A stretch of DNA of 64,000 bases from NCBI RefSeq assembly GCF_011386835.1, contig NC_088809.1, positions 1,426,001 to 1,490,000 on the forward strand, written 5' to 3'. The translations under genes were made by a program, and so were the position numbers. Positions 37,610 to 49,576 of the stretch are shown in pieces. Under the pieces are notes generated by a model. It saw only the letters and a list, made by a program, of their open reading frames with translations. It did no database searches and had not been told where the DNA came from. Position 1 is the stretch's first letter. Each line of letters begins with the position of its first letter. The stretch comes from Chrysemys picta bellii. Its lineage: Eukaryota.

Positions 37610-37957
37610 CCCGGGCTTGCCCCACACCCACTCCCACGCACCGGCCCCCCGCTCACCCCACACACACACCTGGCCCCACACACACACCTGGCCCCCCGCT
37701 CACCCCACACACACCCCGGCCCCCCGCTCACCCCCCGGTCCCCCCGCTCACCCCACACACACACCTGGCCCCACACACACACCTGGCCCCCCGCTCACCC
37801 CGCTCACCCCCGGGCCCCCCGCTCACCCCCCGGGCCCCCCGCTCACCCCACACACACACCTGGCCCCGCTCACCAGCCCCCCCCCCCACGCCCCACGCCC
37901 CCAGCTCACCCCACACACAGCCCCTGCCCCCCACACACACCCCGGCCCCCCGCTCAC
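37610..37957. repeat. Minisatellite at the 5' end of BLTP2 intron 1
   Basis: Repeats of CCCCCCGCTCACCCC and CACACACACCTGGCC. Confidence 0.85.
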
Positions 37958-38016
37958 CGGCCCAGCACCAGCGCGCCCAGCAGCAGGGCGAGCAGCGCGG
38001 CGAGCAGCGGCAGCAT
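37958..38016 (-). CDS. BLTP2: BLTP2 exon 1 (N-terminal membrane anchor)
   Basis: MLPLLAALLALLLGALVLG(R), Kozak GCGATGC, donor CCG|GTGAGC. Confidence 0.92.
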
Positions 38017-38175
38017 CGCGGCCCCGGTCCCTCGGCTCCTGGCCCCGGCCCTTCCCCGTCCGCGCCCCGGGCCAGGAGCCGCCTCTGCGGGGCCGACCTG
38101 CCGCGAACCCGGAGGGCGGCGCCGGCAAGGCGGAGCGGCAGGGCCGACAGCGGCCTTCCCGGAGTGACGGGCCCG

Positions 38176-38695
38176 ATCGGCTCCGAGGGGGGATCGGCTC
38201 CGAGGGGGGTGCTGGGGGGTCGGCTCCAAGGGGGGTATTGGGGGGGACCGGCGCCGAGGGGGGTACTGGGGGGCATCGGCTCCGAGGGGTGATCGGCTCC
38301 GAGGGGGGTATTGGGGGGGATCGGCTCCGAGGGGGGGATCGGCTCCAAGGGGGGTGCTGGGGGGATCGGCTCCGAGGGGGTATTGGGGGGGATCGGCTCC
38401 GAGGGGGGTACTGCGGGACCGGCTCCGAGGGGGGATCGGCTCCGAGGGGGGTACTGGGGGGGATCGGCTCCAAGGGGGGTATTGGGGGGGACCGGCTCCG
38501 AGGGGGGTGCTGGGGGGCATCGGCTCCGAGGGGTGATCGGCTCCGAGGGGGGTGCTGGGGGGATCGGCTCCGAGGGGGGGATTGGCTCCAAGGGGGGTGC
38601 TGGGGGGATCGGCTCCGAGGAGGGATCGGCTCCAAGGGGGGTACTGGGGGGACAGCTCCAAGGAGGGTACTGGGGGGATTGGCTCCGAGGGGGGC
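38176..38695. repeat. G-rich minisatellite directly upstream of BLTP2
   Basis: About 20 copies of the core GATCGGCTCC(G/A)AGGGGG, often followed by TACTGGGGGG. Confidence 0.9.
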
Positions 38696-41600
38696 GCTGT
38701 TGGGAGCACTGTGGGCTATGGGGATCTGCTCTGACAGGGTGAGGGGTGCTGTGGGCTGGCGGGGGGGGGGGTCTCTGTGCCTGGGGCACCACCTGGGCTG
38801 TGAGCCCCAGTGCAGCTCGGCCACCTCCCTCATCATGTCACCCCCCCAGAACCCAGTGTCCCAGGAGGGAAAGACCATCCTGTGGCCCCCCTCTTGCTGT
38901 CCCGTCCAGCCCGGGCATTCACAGCACCAGGAACAAGGGTGCATGGATCCCAATTTTGCTCTGCACAGGTCCAACATTGCACCCATCACCATGGCACCCA
39001 AGCAACTATCATCATGGTGTCCTAGTGCCTATCGTACCTGAACATTCATCGTCATGGGATATGAACAGCTATTGCTAAGGTGTCTGAGCACCTGTCCCCA
39101 CAGGATCTTAGCACTCTTCATGATGTCCAGGCATCTGTCACTGTGACATCTCAGTGCCCATCACCATGACATCAGAACACCCATCACCATGGCAGCAAGT
39201 CACTATGGGGTCTGAGCATAGAGCGTCTGTCCAGGACCAAGCACCCACTACCATGAGATGTAGGCACCTCTTTCACCCAAACTCAAGGTTTAATCTGATG
39301 GGACCCTACCCTTTTAAAAAGTCTGCATTTTGTGTCTGGCCAACTGTGCACTAACCCATAGTTGGAGCATGTATTCTCTCTCCACTTCATGGGAATTTGG
39401 GGCTGAAAACTGGAATCCTGCTTATTCACAGAATAGACCCAGGCTGGGGAACAGGGCAAGCTTGCTTCTCTCCCTGACCTGGAGGAACCATCTTTCAGGG
39501 AAGAAGGAAATTCAGTCCCTATTCGTAGTCCTTGGCCTCTGCTGAGGCTGCCAACCAGGTACCAATAAATGCCAATTCCACGTGTGATTTTGATGACACT
39601 GGCACCTGCCCATTGAGAACTGGGCTGAGAACTTTTCCCCAACCCCATTTCATTAAACGTCCACCAAACAATTCCGCATTTTTGATGCCAGCATGTCTCA
39701 GCTGAAGCTGAGCTACAGAATGGGGCAGGTCTGGTCCCGCAACATCCCCACCGTTTCTATTCAGTTGGAGACGCACTCTGTTATATAACTGCCTTTTCTT
39801 GGAACAGGGAGAGCGGGGAGAGAACTGGCGTAGAGGATCACTCCATTCCCTCTCTGGTGTCTAGTCGAGTTCTGCATCAGAATATTCAGAATGCCAACTG
39901 AGTTCACAGAGCAGACCAGACCAAGTAAGCAACACCCAGCTAAGAGGATGGGACAGTGGTAATGCCCTAGGAATATCAACAGCTGCCTTCAAGGACTCCG
40001 CGAAGGGCTGTTCACACTCAGTGCTTTCCACACCATGGAAGCGCCTAGAAAAGCTCCAGGGAAGTGGTCTGCAGCACTCTGTGTAACCGAAGCAAGCGGG
40101 GTTAGAGCAGCATCCTGCCTCCACCCTTCCCAGCTCTCCTTTCCCTGAGGCAATCACAGCTGGCTGTTAATGGAGGCAGGGTGTGGGGAGCCAACACAAG
40201 CTAATGCTGCTTGGAGAAATGACAGGAGGGCCTGGGCTAGAAAGTACAAAGAATATTACAGCAGGTTGCAACAGTCTGCACTTCTCCCACCCTAGAACTC
40301 CAGCCCCACAGCCAGGGTTGGGGCATGGCTTCGTGAATTGAGTGGCTGGTGAAAGCTGAGGGATCAACAGCCCTGCAGGGGGGCGGCTTCCATTCATTTC
40401 TATAAGAACAGGCCAGGGAACAGCAGGGCTATTCCCCTTCCATGCCCTGCCACCATCCCATGGGCCTCGGCCCTTTGCTGGAGGAAGCATTAGTTGGGCA
40501 GGAGGGTTGGTCAGTGTCCATGGCTCACTCACCTCTGGGCCTTTGCAGGGATTGCCCCTGAGAAGTCAATTAGAACTGGTGGAGGTGGATTTATTCTGTG
40601 GACACCCCTGCATTAGGAACTGCTCTGAGACCTACCCACAAGCCAAGAAATCACCATCCAAAGGGAATGCCTTTCAGTTTCTACTGCTCCAGGCAGCATC
40701 TGAACCAGCAACCCAGGAGTTGTTTATCCAAACTCACCTCAAAAGGTGATTTACAGCAATAGAGCTGGACTGTTTTAATTAAGAATGTGCCTGTCCATTT
40801 GAGGCACACTTCCCTGGGGTACCCGAGTCCCCCAGCTCCCGCCTGAAAGGGTGGGTGATGCTGTGGGGAGTTACAGGGTCATGGTCAAAGCAGTTCTTTT
40901 ATTTTCATACATCTCTGCTGTTCCCTGGGCACTCCCTCTCTACTCATGCACAGGCAGAGGCCAGAGGGAACCTGCTTGAAAAAGCAGAAACCAAGCCCCT
41001 CACAAGCCTGCAGCAACTCGAGTGTCCATCGCAAAGGGAAAGTGGAAAGGCTAGTGCAGGACACAGAGAGTTCTTTCCCCACACATCAGAGCCTTTGGCA
41101 GTGGCAAGACTTGAGCACAAACCCACACTCTGGCTCACCCATAGCTCCAGCTGGGACAAGCGCACCCACCCGTTCACCAGAAGCATGAATTCTTTAGAGA
41201 CGAGGGAATTAATTGGAGGTGGGGAAGGAATTTCCCCCCAGGTCAGATTGACAGCGGTTTTCACCTTCCTCTGCAGCATGGGCTGTGGATCACCTGTTGG
41301 GATCAACTAGGCCTAGTTCATCTAACCAATGGCTTGCCGGGGGGGGCTCGGGCATTGGTGGCAGCTTGGGCTCTGCCTGAGCAAGACAACAGCTTTAGTC
41401 TGTGAAGACCAGCCCCTCCCCAGCTGGTGCTGAACTGCCCTGACCTGTACAGGCTGGAAAGCACCGAGGAAGACATGGTCAGACTTTGGAATCCCAGAAG
41501 CTGTCGGGAGTCTCCCCTCTTAAGCCTTCAGAAACAAGCAGCCCCTGACACCCTCCGTCCCTGAGCTCAGACACGGGAGCCTTGACCACACCTGCACAAG

Positions 41601-42441
41601 ACAGTTACACTCTCTCCTACCTGGGATTATCAACAGAACATTTTCATTCCATTTTGGATGAGCAGGCAGAACCGACAAGTGCTATTTACTGGTTTAAACC
41701 CAACTAACTATCATTCTCTTCATCTCATGCCCTGTCTCTTGCCAGCAGCAGCTGGCCACACCTCTGCTGGTGCTCAGATGACATGACACAAGTGGTCTGG
41801 GGCTTTTTTATTTCCTAAGTGCTATTAGTTTGCTTGCTGGCCTATTATTTTTTAATCTGTGCCATTCATCAGTGGATGCGTTGTGACACTTGCCCGCCCC
41901 CTGGGAGTTACTGCTGATTTCCATGCCATGGAGTAATTCCGTTGGTAAGTAAATATGAATGGGAGCAAGATAAAACATCACCCACTCTTTGACAATTGAA
42001 TTCTTTTATGAGCCCAGTCCAAGTCAGCAGCTCTCTCCCCCCAGGGCACATCTGTGCATGAATGTCAGCAATCTGGAATTTACAGGGGCAGCAGGATGTC
42101 AACACAGTAGACACTCAGGGTAGTTACAATGAGAACAGACTCAGTACAAGATGATAAACACAAGCCATTAAAAGTCCCTTCTTCCTGCTTTTCCTGTGGA
42201 GGGAGAGTTTCCCTCTGCAGGGAGAAAACCAACTGCAGTAGGACCCTGCAAGAGACAGAGCCCTAAATAATACAGAGAATTAGACCCACAAGGACTAACC
42301 AGGAGACCCAGGGCTCTGCTCCTTGGCCTGTGCCAACCAGTGCAGGACTAGTCTCTCTCCAGAAGCATTTAGAGACAGACTGGTTCCTTCAGGAGCCGAA
42401 CACTGTGTGGTAGAGGTACTGAGGAGCCCCAGCGCAGTCCA

Positions 42442-42729
42442 TCATAGCTCAGCATGATAGGAGTCAGTCTTCAACAGCTCACTGGGTTTCATGAAGATCC
42501 CCTCCATCACCTTCCAGTTGTTGTTCTGGTTGGAGTAGGACATGCCATGAACTTCCTTTTGGCCATGGATAGGTCGCCCATACTGCTCCCCGGTCACAGA
42601 TAGGAGCATGTCAGTAGATGAATGCTTGAACCGTACCTCGCCATCCCGCACCCAGTAGGTCCCACTGCACAGAACAGCCCAGTCATCCAGGTAGTCTCCC
42701 TCGCCATCCTCCCCAAACGCACTGACTTC
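42442..42729 (-). CDS. SDF2: SDF2 exon 3
   Basis: EVSAFGEDGEGD...SYHAEL*, 288 nt. Confidence 0.95.
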   Translation of the reverse strand, partial: EVSAFGEDGEGDYLDDWAVLCSGTYWVRDGEVRFKHSSTDMLLSVTGEQYGRPIHGQKEVHGMSYSNQNNNWKVMEGIFMKPSELLKTDSYHAEL

Positions 42730-43364
42730 CTGCAAGAACAGCAGAAGGAAACACCATTTCAATGGGCCTCTGAAAACTTCCCTGCGAGACAGAGTGAGCC
42801 ACACAGAGAAGAGCTAGAACGTGGAATGATTACATTCTTGGTTCAGGTTATATATTAGCTTGAAGAAGAAACCTCCAATCTTGAGCACTGAACAGAGATT
42901 TGGGCCTTTGGATCAGAATTAAGGAGCATACTTCCATGTCCCCCTCGTCCTGAGGAATCACATCGTGTCAGATTTGCAGGACTCACACAGAGAACAGCAT
43001 TCCCACTGGAAAAGGGGGCAGGGACCTGCAAGGACTTGCCTTTTCATGGCAGTGACTTATAGACAAGTCTCTCCCTGCTGCAGTCATACACACAACGCCT
43101 TTCTCCTCCCTCAGGCACACAGGACAAGGTAGCCAGTGTCACTGTCTCAGGCAAGCACCAGCCCAGTTCTCAAGCAGACAGGTCAAGATTTGTTCTGTCC
43201 AACCCCCTCAACTAAGTACTGACCACTCAGTGAGCAGAGAAGGGTGCCAAGGCTGATGCTATACTATAGACCTCTCCGCAGAGACTCTCGTCAGGCAACA
43301 CCAGGGAAATAAGTGGGAGCCATGCCCGCAGAGGTCTCCACACAACTCTAACTCCAGGGATTAC

Positions 43365-43561
43365 CTGGTTCCCTGAGAGAGGCGACGTGAAGTGATGGCT
43401 GTGCAGGTTTCGCCCTGTGTTGATGTGGGTCAGTCGGATGGACTGCCCACATTTCACAGGAGTCCCCCTCTCACACACCGTGGATGTCTTTCCCCGAACC
43501 CTCCAGTAACTGTTACTGTCGTCCACAGCAGAGACTCCCGTCACTGACTGCTGCCCACTAC
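43365..43561 (-). CDS. SDF2: SDF2 exon 2
   Basis: (G)SGQQSVTGV...PLSGNQ, 197 nt. Confidence 0.95.
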
Positions 43562-44317
43562 CTGCGTGAACAGAAAAGAAGTCAGAGAGCGTGCAACCTG
43601 CCCACAAATTCTTAAGTGCTGCAGAAGGCAAGAAACACTGGGGAAGGCTGCGGACAGACTTCGCCAAGAGCAGGAATTTGCCCATCAGGCAGTTTTAGTT
43701 CAACAAAATATTTTGACCTGCTGGGTCCCTTACAGAGTTTCCAACATAAAATGCAATCGTCAGCATGCTGTAGAGCAGCGCACAAACCAGGAACAGGACT
43801 TTTAAGAGCCACACAAACTGCCCAAGTGCAGCCACAGTACAAGAGGGGCAGGGACCCCAGGCTCCGCCAGAGAAGGAGGCAACATGCCCAGCCTTCAAAA
43901 GAACTTTGGGGTAACAAGGCTCCCCAGAAACCTGCAACAGATGCAGCTGTTCTCATAGGGTGGATGGGGGAGAACACCTATACCAAAACTATAGATTTCT
44001 GGGATGGGAGACCAGGCAGGGGACTCAGTTCCAGACCAAGCTTGGGACAATATGTAGCAATGGGGAAGGGATGGGAAGAGAAAGTGCTTCAGTCCATGGA
44101 GACAGGTCCCAGTCCAGCATGAATGCTCCAGGAGAAAGGTTTCAGAGAAGGACCTGGGAAGGGATGGGGTGGCGTAGCTGGGCTGCAGACCTGGAGATGG
44201 GACCCAGGAAAGAGTCCTGTGCGGGGAGGGTAGCTGTGGGGGATAACAGGTATCAGAGCCAGGCGACGGGACCGGAGTTGGGGGGCGGGGGTCCCAGGTG
44301 CGGGAGCCAGGCCAGGC

Positions 44318-44545
44318 GAGGGGACCGGGGATCGCGGGTGGGGGCCGGACCGGGGAGCTCGGGTGGGGGCCGGGCCGGGGGACCGGGGAGCTCGGGTGGG
44401 GGCCGGGCCGGGGGGAAGGGATCGTGGGTGGGGGCCGGGCGAGGGGACCGGGGATCGCGGGTGGGGGCCGGGCCGGGGGACCGGGGAGCTCGGGTGGGGG
44501 CCGGGCCGGGGGGCCGGGGAGCTCGGGTGGGGGCCGGGCCCGCCC
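44318..44545. repeat. G-rich minisatellite, ~33-bp unit x ~7, at the start of SDF2 intron 1
   Basis: GGGGACCGGGGA(GCT/TCG)CGGGTGGGGGCCGGGCC repeated. Confidence 0.85.
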
Positions 44546-44551
44546 TGTTAC

Positions 44552-44717
44552 CGGATCCGTAGCGCACGTCGTGCGAGTGGAGCCGGACGTTGTGGCGGAC
44601 GTTGAGCAGCTTCACTACGGAGCCGCAGGTGACCGGGCCGGGCTCGGAGCCCGCCGCCGCACCCAGGCCCACCACCAGTATTAGGAGCCGGGGCCCCGGG
44701 ACTCGCCAGCGCCGCAT
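44552..44717 (-). CDS. SDF2: SDF2 exon 1
   Basis: MRRWRVPGPRLLILVVGLGAAAG...DVRYGS, 166 nt, donor CCG|GTAACA. Confidence 0.92.
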
Positions 44718-44719
44718 CC

Positions 44720-44880
44720 TCGCTACCGGAACCGGAAACCCACCCAACCGGAACCATAGAGTAATGCCCTCGGAGCCTATCGTTCCACTGCCCTCTCTGC
44801 GCCTAGAGAGGCAGGATGTGCGCCCGTGAGCCGGAAGCGGAAACTTTCGGAGTGACGGTCGGACGCCCGGAGGTCGCGGC
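44720..44880. promoter_or_regulatory. Bidirectional CpG-island promoter shared by SDF2 and SUPT6H
   Basis: Head-to-head genes; ETS/GABP-type CCGGAAGCGGAAA at 44831-44843 and CCGGAACCGGAAA near 44726-44738. Confidence 0.75.
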
Positions 44881-44971
44881 TCTTCTGCTCCCACCTATCT
44901 CCGCCGCAGCGGAGGCCTCCATTTTCCCTTCGGCCCTGAGCGGAGGCGGCGAGAGTCTCGGAGCCCAGCGG
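44880..44971 (+). other. SUPT6H: SUPT6H non-coding exon 1 (5' end approximate)
   Basis: Strong donor CGG|GTAAGT at 44972 in a CpG island; no ATG. Confidence 0.7.
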
Positions 44972-45694
44972 GTAAGTCCGGGCGCGGGCCCGCCCGAGGC
45001 CGGGAGTGGGGGCGCTGGCTGGGGTCTCTGGCCTGGGGGCCGGGCCCCCATCGTCCGCGGGCGTCTCTCCGCGCCCGGGAAGCGGTGGGGAGGGTCCTCC
45101 TGGGCCGCCCCTCAGACCCCCACTGCCCCGTCCCCTTCCTATGGCCCCCATCCCCCCGCCGCCGCTGCCCCTCAGACCCCCACTGCCCCATACCCCCCAT
45201 GGCCCCCGCCGCCCCCATCACACCCTGCGGGCCCCCCCCCCCCGCTCCTCTCCCCCCGTCCCGTCCTTCCCCTTCCAATCTCTGCTGCCCCTCCCCCACA
45301 CCTCAGCGCACTCCTCCGCGAGCCCGGGGCGCCCCGTTCCCACCGCCAGCGCGTGTGGCCGGCAACATGGGTCGCTCTTTGTACGAATGCCCCACAAACT
45401 GGTAACCCAGCCTCAGCCCGTGCAGCCTTGTGCGGGGTGAATGCTGCGCAGGTGGCAGTGCAGCAGCTCCTCGCCCCTGGGGGGAACCGCTCGGGTGTCT
45501 TGGGGTGTTTGGTTGTTAAGGGAAATGAAAAGGCCCCCGGAGCTGCAATGGTGACTCGCCTTTCCCTGGGTTAGAGGCCCGCTGCACATGGAGCTGAGAG
45601 AACCTGTTTTCCAAGGACTGGGCAACAAAATCTGAGTCATAGCTGTAAGCAAGCAATGAGGGCTTCTGCGTCAGCTTCATGCGACCTCTCTGTC

Positions 45695-45870
45695 CACCTT
45701 TTATTCCAAAAGATCCCAGGGCACTTCATCACTGCGCAGTAGGGTACCAACATTGCTGTGGATGGGTGTCACTCCGCCCAAAAGAGAACGGGAAACAACA
45801 CCTCAGGGCCAAACCCCTCCCCTTACAAAAAGGGCCTTGTGGTCTTTAACATTAGCACAGAGGATCTGTC
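45695..45870 (-). mobile_element. Ancient SINE-like fragment (LF-SINE/Deu-like, tentative)
   Basis: Minus strand reads TTAAAGACCACAAGGCCCTTTTTGTAAGGGGAGGGGTTTG and ends ...GAAGTGCCCTGGGATCTTTTGGAATAAAAGG; a second copy of the tail is at about 46479-46521. Family assignment is from memory. Confidence 0.35.
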
Positions 45871-45878
45871 TCTTAAGG

Positions 45879-46271
45879 CTGTGGTTCTCAACCAGGGGTA
45901 CGCAGAGGTCTTCCAGGGGGTACATCCAGTCATCTAGATATTTGCCAAGTTTTACAACAGGTTACATAGAATGTACTAGCGAACTCAGTACAAACTAAAA
46001 TGTCATAGAGACAACAACTTGTTTATACTGCTCTATATACACTATACACTGAAATGTAACTACAATCATTATATTCCAATTGATTTATTTTATAACGATA
46101 TGGTAAAAATGAGAGAGCCATTTTTCAGTAATAGTGTGGCTGTGACACTTTAGTGGTTTTTGTCTGATTTTGTAAGCAAGTAGTTTTTAAGTGAGGTGAA
46201 ACTTGGGGGTACACAAGACAAATCAGACTCCTGAAAGGGATACAGTAGTCTGGAAAGGTTGAGAGCCACTG
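45879..46271. mobile_element. hAT-type MITE
   Basis: TIRs C(T/A)GTGGTTCTCAACC / GGTTGAGAGCCACTG; no clear TSD. Confidence 0.7.
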
Positions 46272-46661
46272 TTTTCCAGAATTACCCTAAGGGATCCACA
46301 GAGTAACCCTGTGTTACTGACCTTACCTTTGGAAGGATACAGAGTTGAGTTGCCCTTGTTCTGATTTGAACCTTTGGTTCCAGAGAGTCTAGGTATTTTA
46401 AAACCTGCTGCTTAAACCTTTGGACTGTTCCCTGCAGGAGCTTCATGCAACCTCTTTGTACACCTTTCATCACAATGGATCCCATGGCACTTCAGCACTG
46501 CGCCGTAGGGTACCACCATTGGGGTGAATGGATCCCCAAATAATACCCTGAGTTGCTGAGCACTACTGAGTGTCTCCTTCCTATTCTGTTGCTTGGATAT
46601 TTGTAGTTACAAATAGCTAGTTTTCAAAAGACATTAAAAATTCCACTGATTATAACAAATA

Positions 46662-46837
46662 CACCTCTAGCCCGATATAACACGAATTCGGCTATAACGT
46701 GGTAAAGCAGTGCTCGGGGGGGGGGGCAGGGCTGCGCACTCCGGCGGATCAAAGCAAGTTCAATATAACACGGTTTCACCTATAACGCGGTAAGATTTTT
46801 TGGTTCCCAAGGACAGCGTTGTATCGAGATAGAGGTG
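46662..46837. mobile_element. Tc1/mariner (Tigger-like) MITE
   Basis: TIRs CACCTCTAGCCCGATATAAC / GTTGTATCGAGATAGAGGTG with TA on both sides. Confidence 0.85.
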
Positions 46838-48081
46838 TAAGTAAAATTTGACTACCCTCAGAACCCACAATGGTACAATTAGGTAATAGTCCAAAGGTTG
46901 TCAGTGACTTGGAAGGACCCATTGATAATACAGGTACTACTACCAGCCAGATGTGTGATAGCTTGTTTTTGGAAAAGGACCAATCCCCCAACATTAGTGT
47001 CTTAGAGAAACAAGGAATACAGTATTGCAATGGGGAAATGACAGCCTTGTGTTAGGATCAAGCAAATTTTACAGTGTATGGTTACTGTTTATGGAGTCTG
47101 AACAGCATAAATATCCAGATAACACTACGAGTTTGGTCAAACAAATGAGTCTTTTGAAGGTAATCAATACCAGGAAATAGGCAGAAGTGGAGGAGAGCCA
47201 GGGGACCCATACAAGGGACGCATACAGCAGCTGGGTATGCTATACATGGTTCATAGAAAGAAAAATAACAGAAAAAGGGGACATTTCTGGACCACCTCAC
47301 ACTGGAAGTAAGAGTCACTGTTCATATTTGGATAATATGTGCTGTGGACTATGGTCTAAAATGGTATTCATGTTGTTGCTGGGTACAGGTCTGAGGCCCC
47401 CCGCCCTCTTGAATAAAGTGGAATTTGAATGTGAGCTGGGAGTTCTGAATAAGATTTATCATACTTGTGTGGCAATATGAATTTACTAGGTCAGTGTTAA
47501 TAGGGATCTGTATAATTTAAATAATTATATCTTTTCAGTTCAGGTATGTTGATGACAAAATATCTGTTTAAACTACTGACTGACTCTCTGAAAATCATAA
47601 GCTGCTTTAGGAGAAGTGCCTTTTATTTTTTTTAACCTGATGAGGTGATGTGAAGCAGGAGACACCCAGATGGAGTTTGGCCTGGCAGTTGCCTGTAGTG
47701 GGTTATAGGCAATTGCCAGTTGACTATCAGGATGAAATTTCTGCTGTCGCTAGATTTTGTTGGAATAATATTGTGGTGTTTGTTTCCAGAGGCTAGAGCC
47801 AGCCTGAGTGGCAGAGTGCTATTTGTGATTTCACTCTTGGATTTCCTGGCATTGCAGTGTATGAAGGGTGGAGTGGTGGCAGGGTCATTTCAATTTTGTA
47901 ATAAAGACAAAGAATTGGAAAATCTAAACTAGAAATTTGTACTGGTGTTTGGGTAGAGACTGAAGGCCCCGTAGTGGTAGGCACTATACACACCCACTGA
48001 GATGTGATCCCTGCACTGAGCTGCTTCCAGTCACAATAGACACAGGGTGGGATTAACAGATAGAGATCCACATTCCAATTT

Positions 48082-48172
48082 AAAAAGAACAGGAGTACTT
48101 GTGGCACCTTAGAGACTAACACATTTATTTCAGCATAAGCTTTCATGGGCTGCAGCTCACTTCTTCAGATGT
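48082..48172 (-). mobile_element. Penelope-like element terminal fragment
   Basis: Minus strand: CTGAAGAAGTGAGCTGCAGCCCATGAAAGCTTATGCTG...GTTAGTCTCTAAGGTGCCACAAGTACTCC, related to the 53115 element. Confidence 0.65.
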
Positions 48173-49460
48173 ATTTAAATAAATTTAAATAAATCTTGTT
48201 TGATTTTGAGCATCCCCCTGCAGTTAATTGCTCTTGAAGGGTATTTTTGTCCAAGGTGCTGGTCTGAATGTGTCATGGTGCTTCAGTGTGATGTCTTTCA
48301 TAGGGTTTAAGGCTAGAAGTGACCATTGTGACCAGCTGTTAGTCCAGGATTTGTCAATCTTTTAAAGGGACTCCCTTTAGTGCCATCTTGTGGAGCTGCA
48401 TGTACACACATGCCCTTAAACGATCCAAGCAGGAGTTTGGGTGGATTTTCTGGTAGCTGTTTAAATCCAGTGACTAGGGCATATCTCTTCCTTGTGAGTC
48501 TGAGTGGTGAGTTATGCCCCACCATGTACTCTGGCATTATTTTTCTTTCCCGAAGCCTAGATTGGCTGTTTCTGTAATGGAGTGGCTTCTGGCCAAGAGG
48601 AGTGTTGTCGTTTGGGGGAAGGAGGCATCATCTTCGCTATGCAAATACCGAAGGTCATTCTCCCCCTCCCCCCCCCCCACACACGTCACAGCCCCCATCC
48701 TCCAGGCAGAGGAGGTGTAGCTGAGATGTTCCCTGGGACCTCTTGCCTCTACTGCTTTGCTCACCCAGAACAAGGCACTGTGAAGTGAGAGAAAATGCCA
48801 GTGTGCTGATATCTGTGCCTGTAACACTCTGACTCTCTGCAGCGACTCACTGATCACAATATTGATATATTTTTTGTCCCTGGGTTAACTTCTGCAAAAA
48901 CATTTATGTACAGTATTTGCAGAGCTGTGTCTGCCACAGCACTCATGTTCATGTGTGTTTTGTTAAGCAACTAGTAGACTGCTGGGTTGATTGCATTAGT
49001 GGCTGTCTTGTACAGGTGTTTCAGCGCTTAAAGCAGCAATGCCAGAGCGACTCGGCCAGGCCAAATGCAGCTCCTGGCTTCCTTCGCCTAAACAGAGATG
49101 TAACCCACAGCATGTGATAATCTGTCTTGAGCTGAGTGGCCTGATTGTAGTTAGCGAGACCTGTAATCTCTGCATTGAAGGCAAGGGTAGCTGCTATCTG
49201 CTTTGTTTTATTCCAGTTAAGGGCAACTTGTGGGTTTTGGAAAGTTGTCAGGATGGCCTTGGTCTGAGCAGAGTATGAATGCCCCTGGCCCAGCCTTGTA
49301 TTGCTTTATGATGAGAGAAGGGCGGGTTCCGTGTGCATGTCTCAAGGCAGGGGACTGGCGTTTTCCATCACCAGCTGTCTAACATCACAGTGCTGCAAAG
49401 TGCTGTTTCAAACCCTCAGTAAGAAGTGACCTAACTGATATTCGCAAACTGCCTAGGCAG

Positions 49461-49576
49461 CGGGGCTTTGGAGCTGTGCTCCGGCTCCGCTCCAGGCAAA
49501 AACTTACTGCTCCGGAGCTGCTCCACGCTCCAGTTCTGGGCTCCGCTCCAGTTCTGGGCTCCACTCCAAAGCCCTG
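49461..49576. mobile_element. Short hAT-type MITE
   Basis: TIRs C(G/A)GGGCTTTGGAG; exact 8-bp TSD CTAGGCAG at 49453-49460 and 49577-49584. Confidence 0.88.

Larger units (their letters stand above)
42442..44717 (-). other. SDF2: SDF2 gene span, stromal cell-derived factor 2 (three MIR domains, ER-resident), 216 aa
   Basis: Signal peptide; CGSVVKLLN and RLHSHDVRYGSGSGQQSVT motifs; C-terminal HAEL; three exons join in frame. Confidence 0.96.

Noticed and set aside
37500-39041. 513-aa plus-strand ORF and the overlapping 354- and 392-aa minus-strand ORFs
   Set aside because: They run through two VNTRs and the BLTP2 CpG island; low complexity, no domain.
38960-39260. Degenerate CCATCACCATGG repeats
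   Set aside because: Weak, irregular periodicity with no supportable function.
44253-44894. 213-aa ORF extending SDF2 at both ends
   Set aside because: The upstream part starts at a GTG inside the promoter and the downstream part reads into the intron 1 VNTR; the signal-peptide ATG is at 44717.
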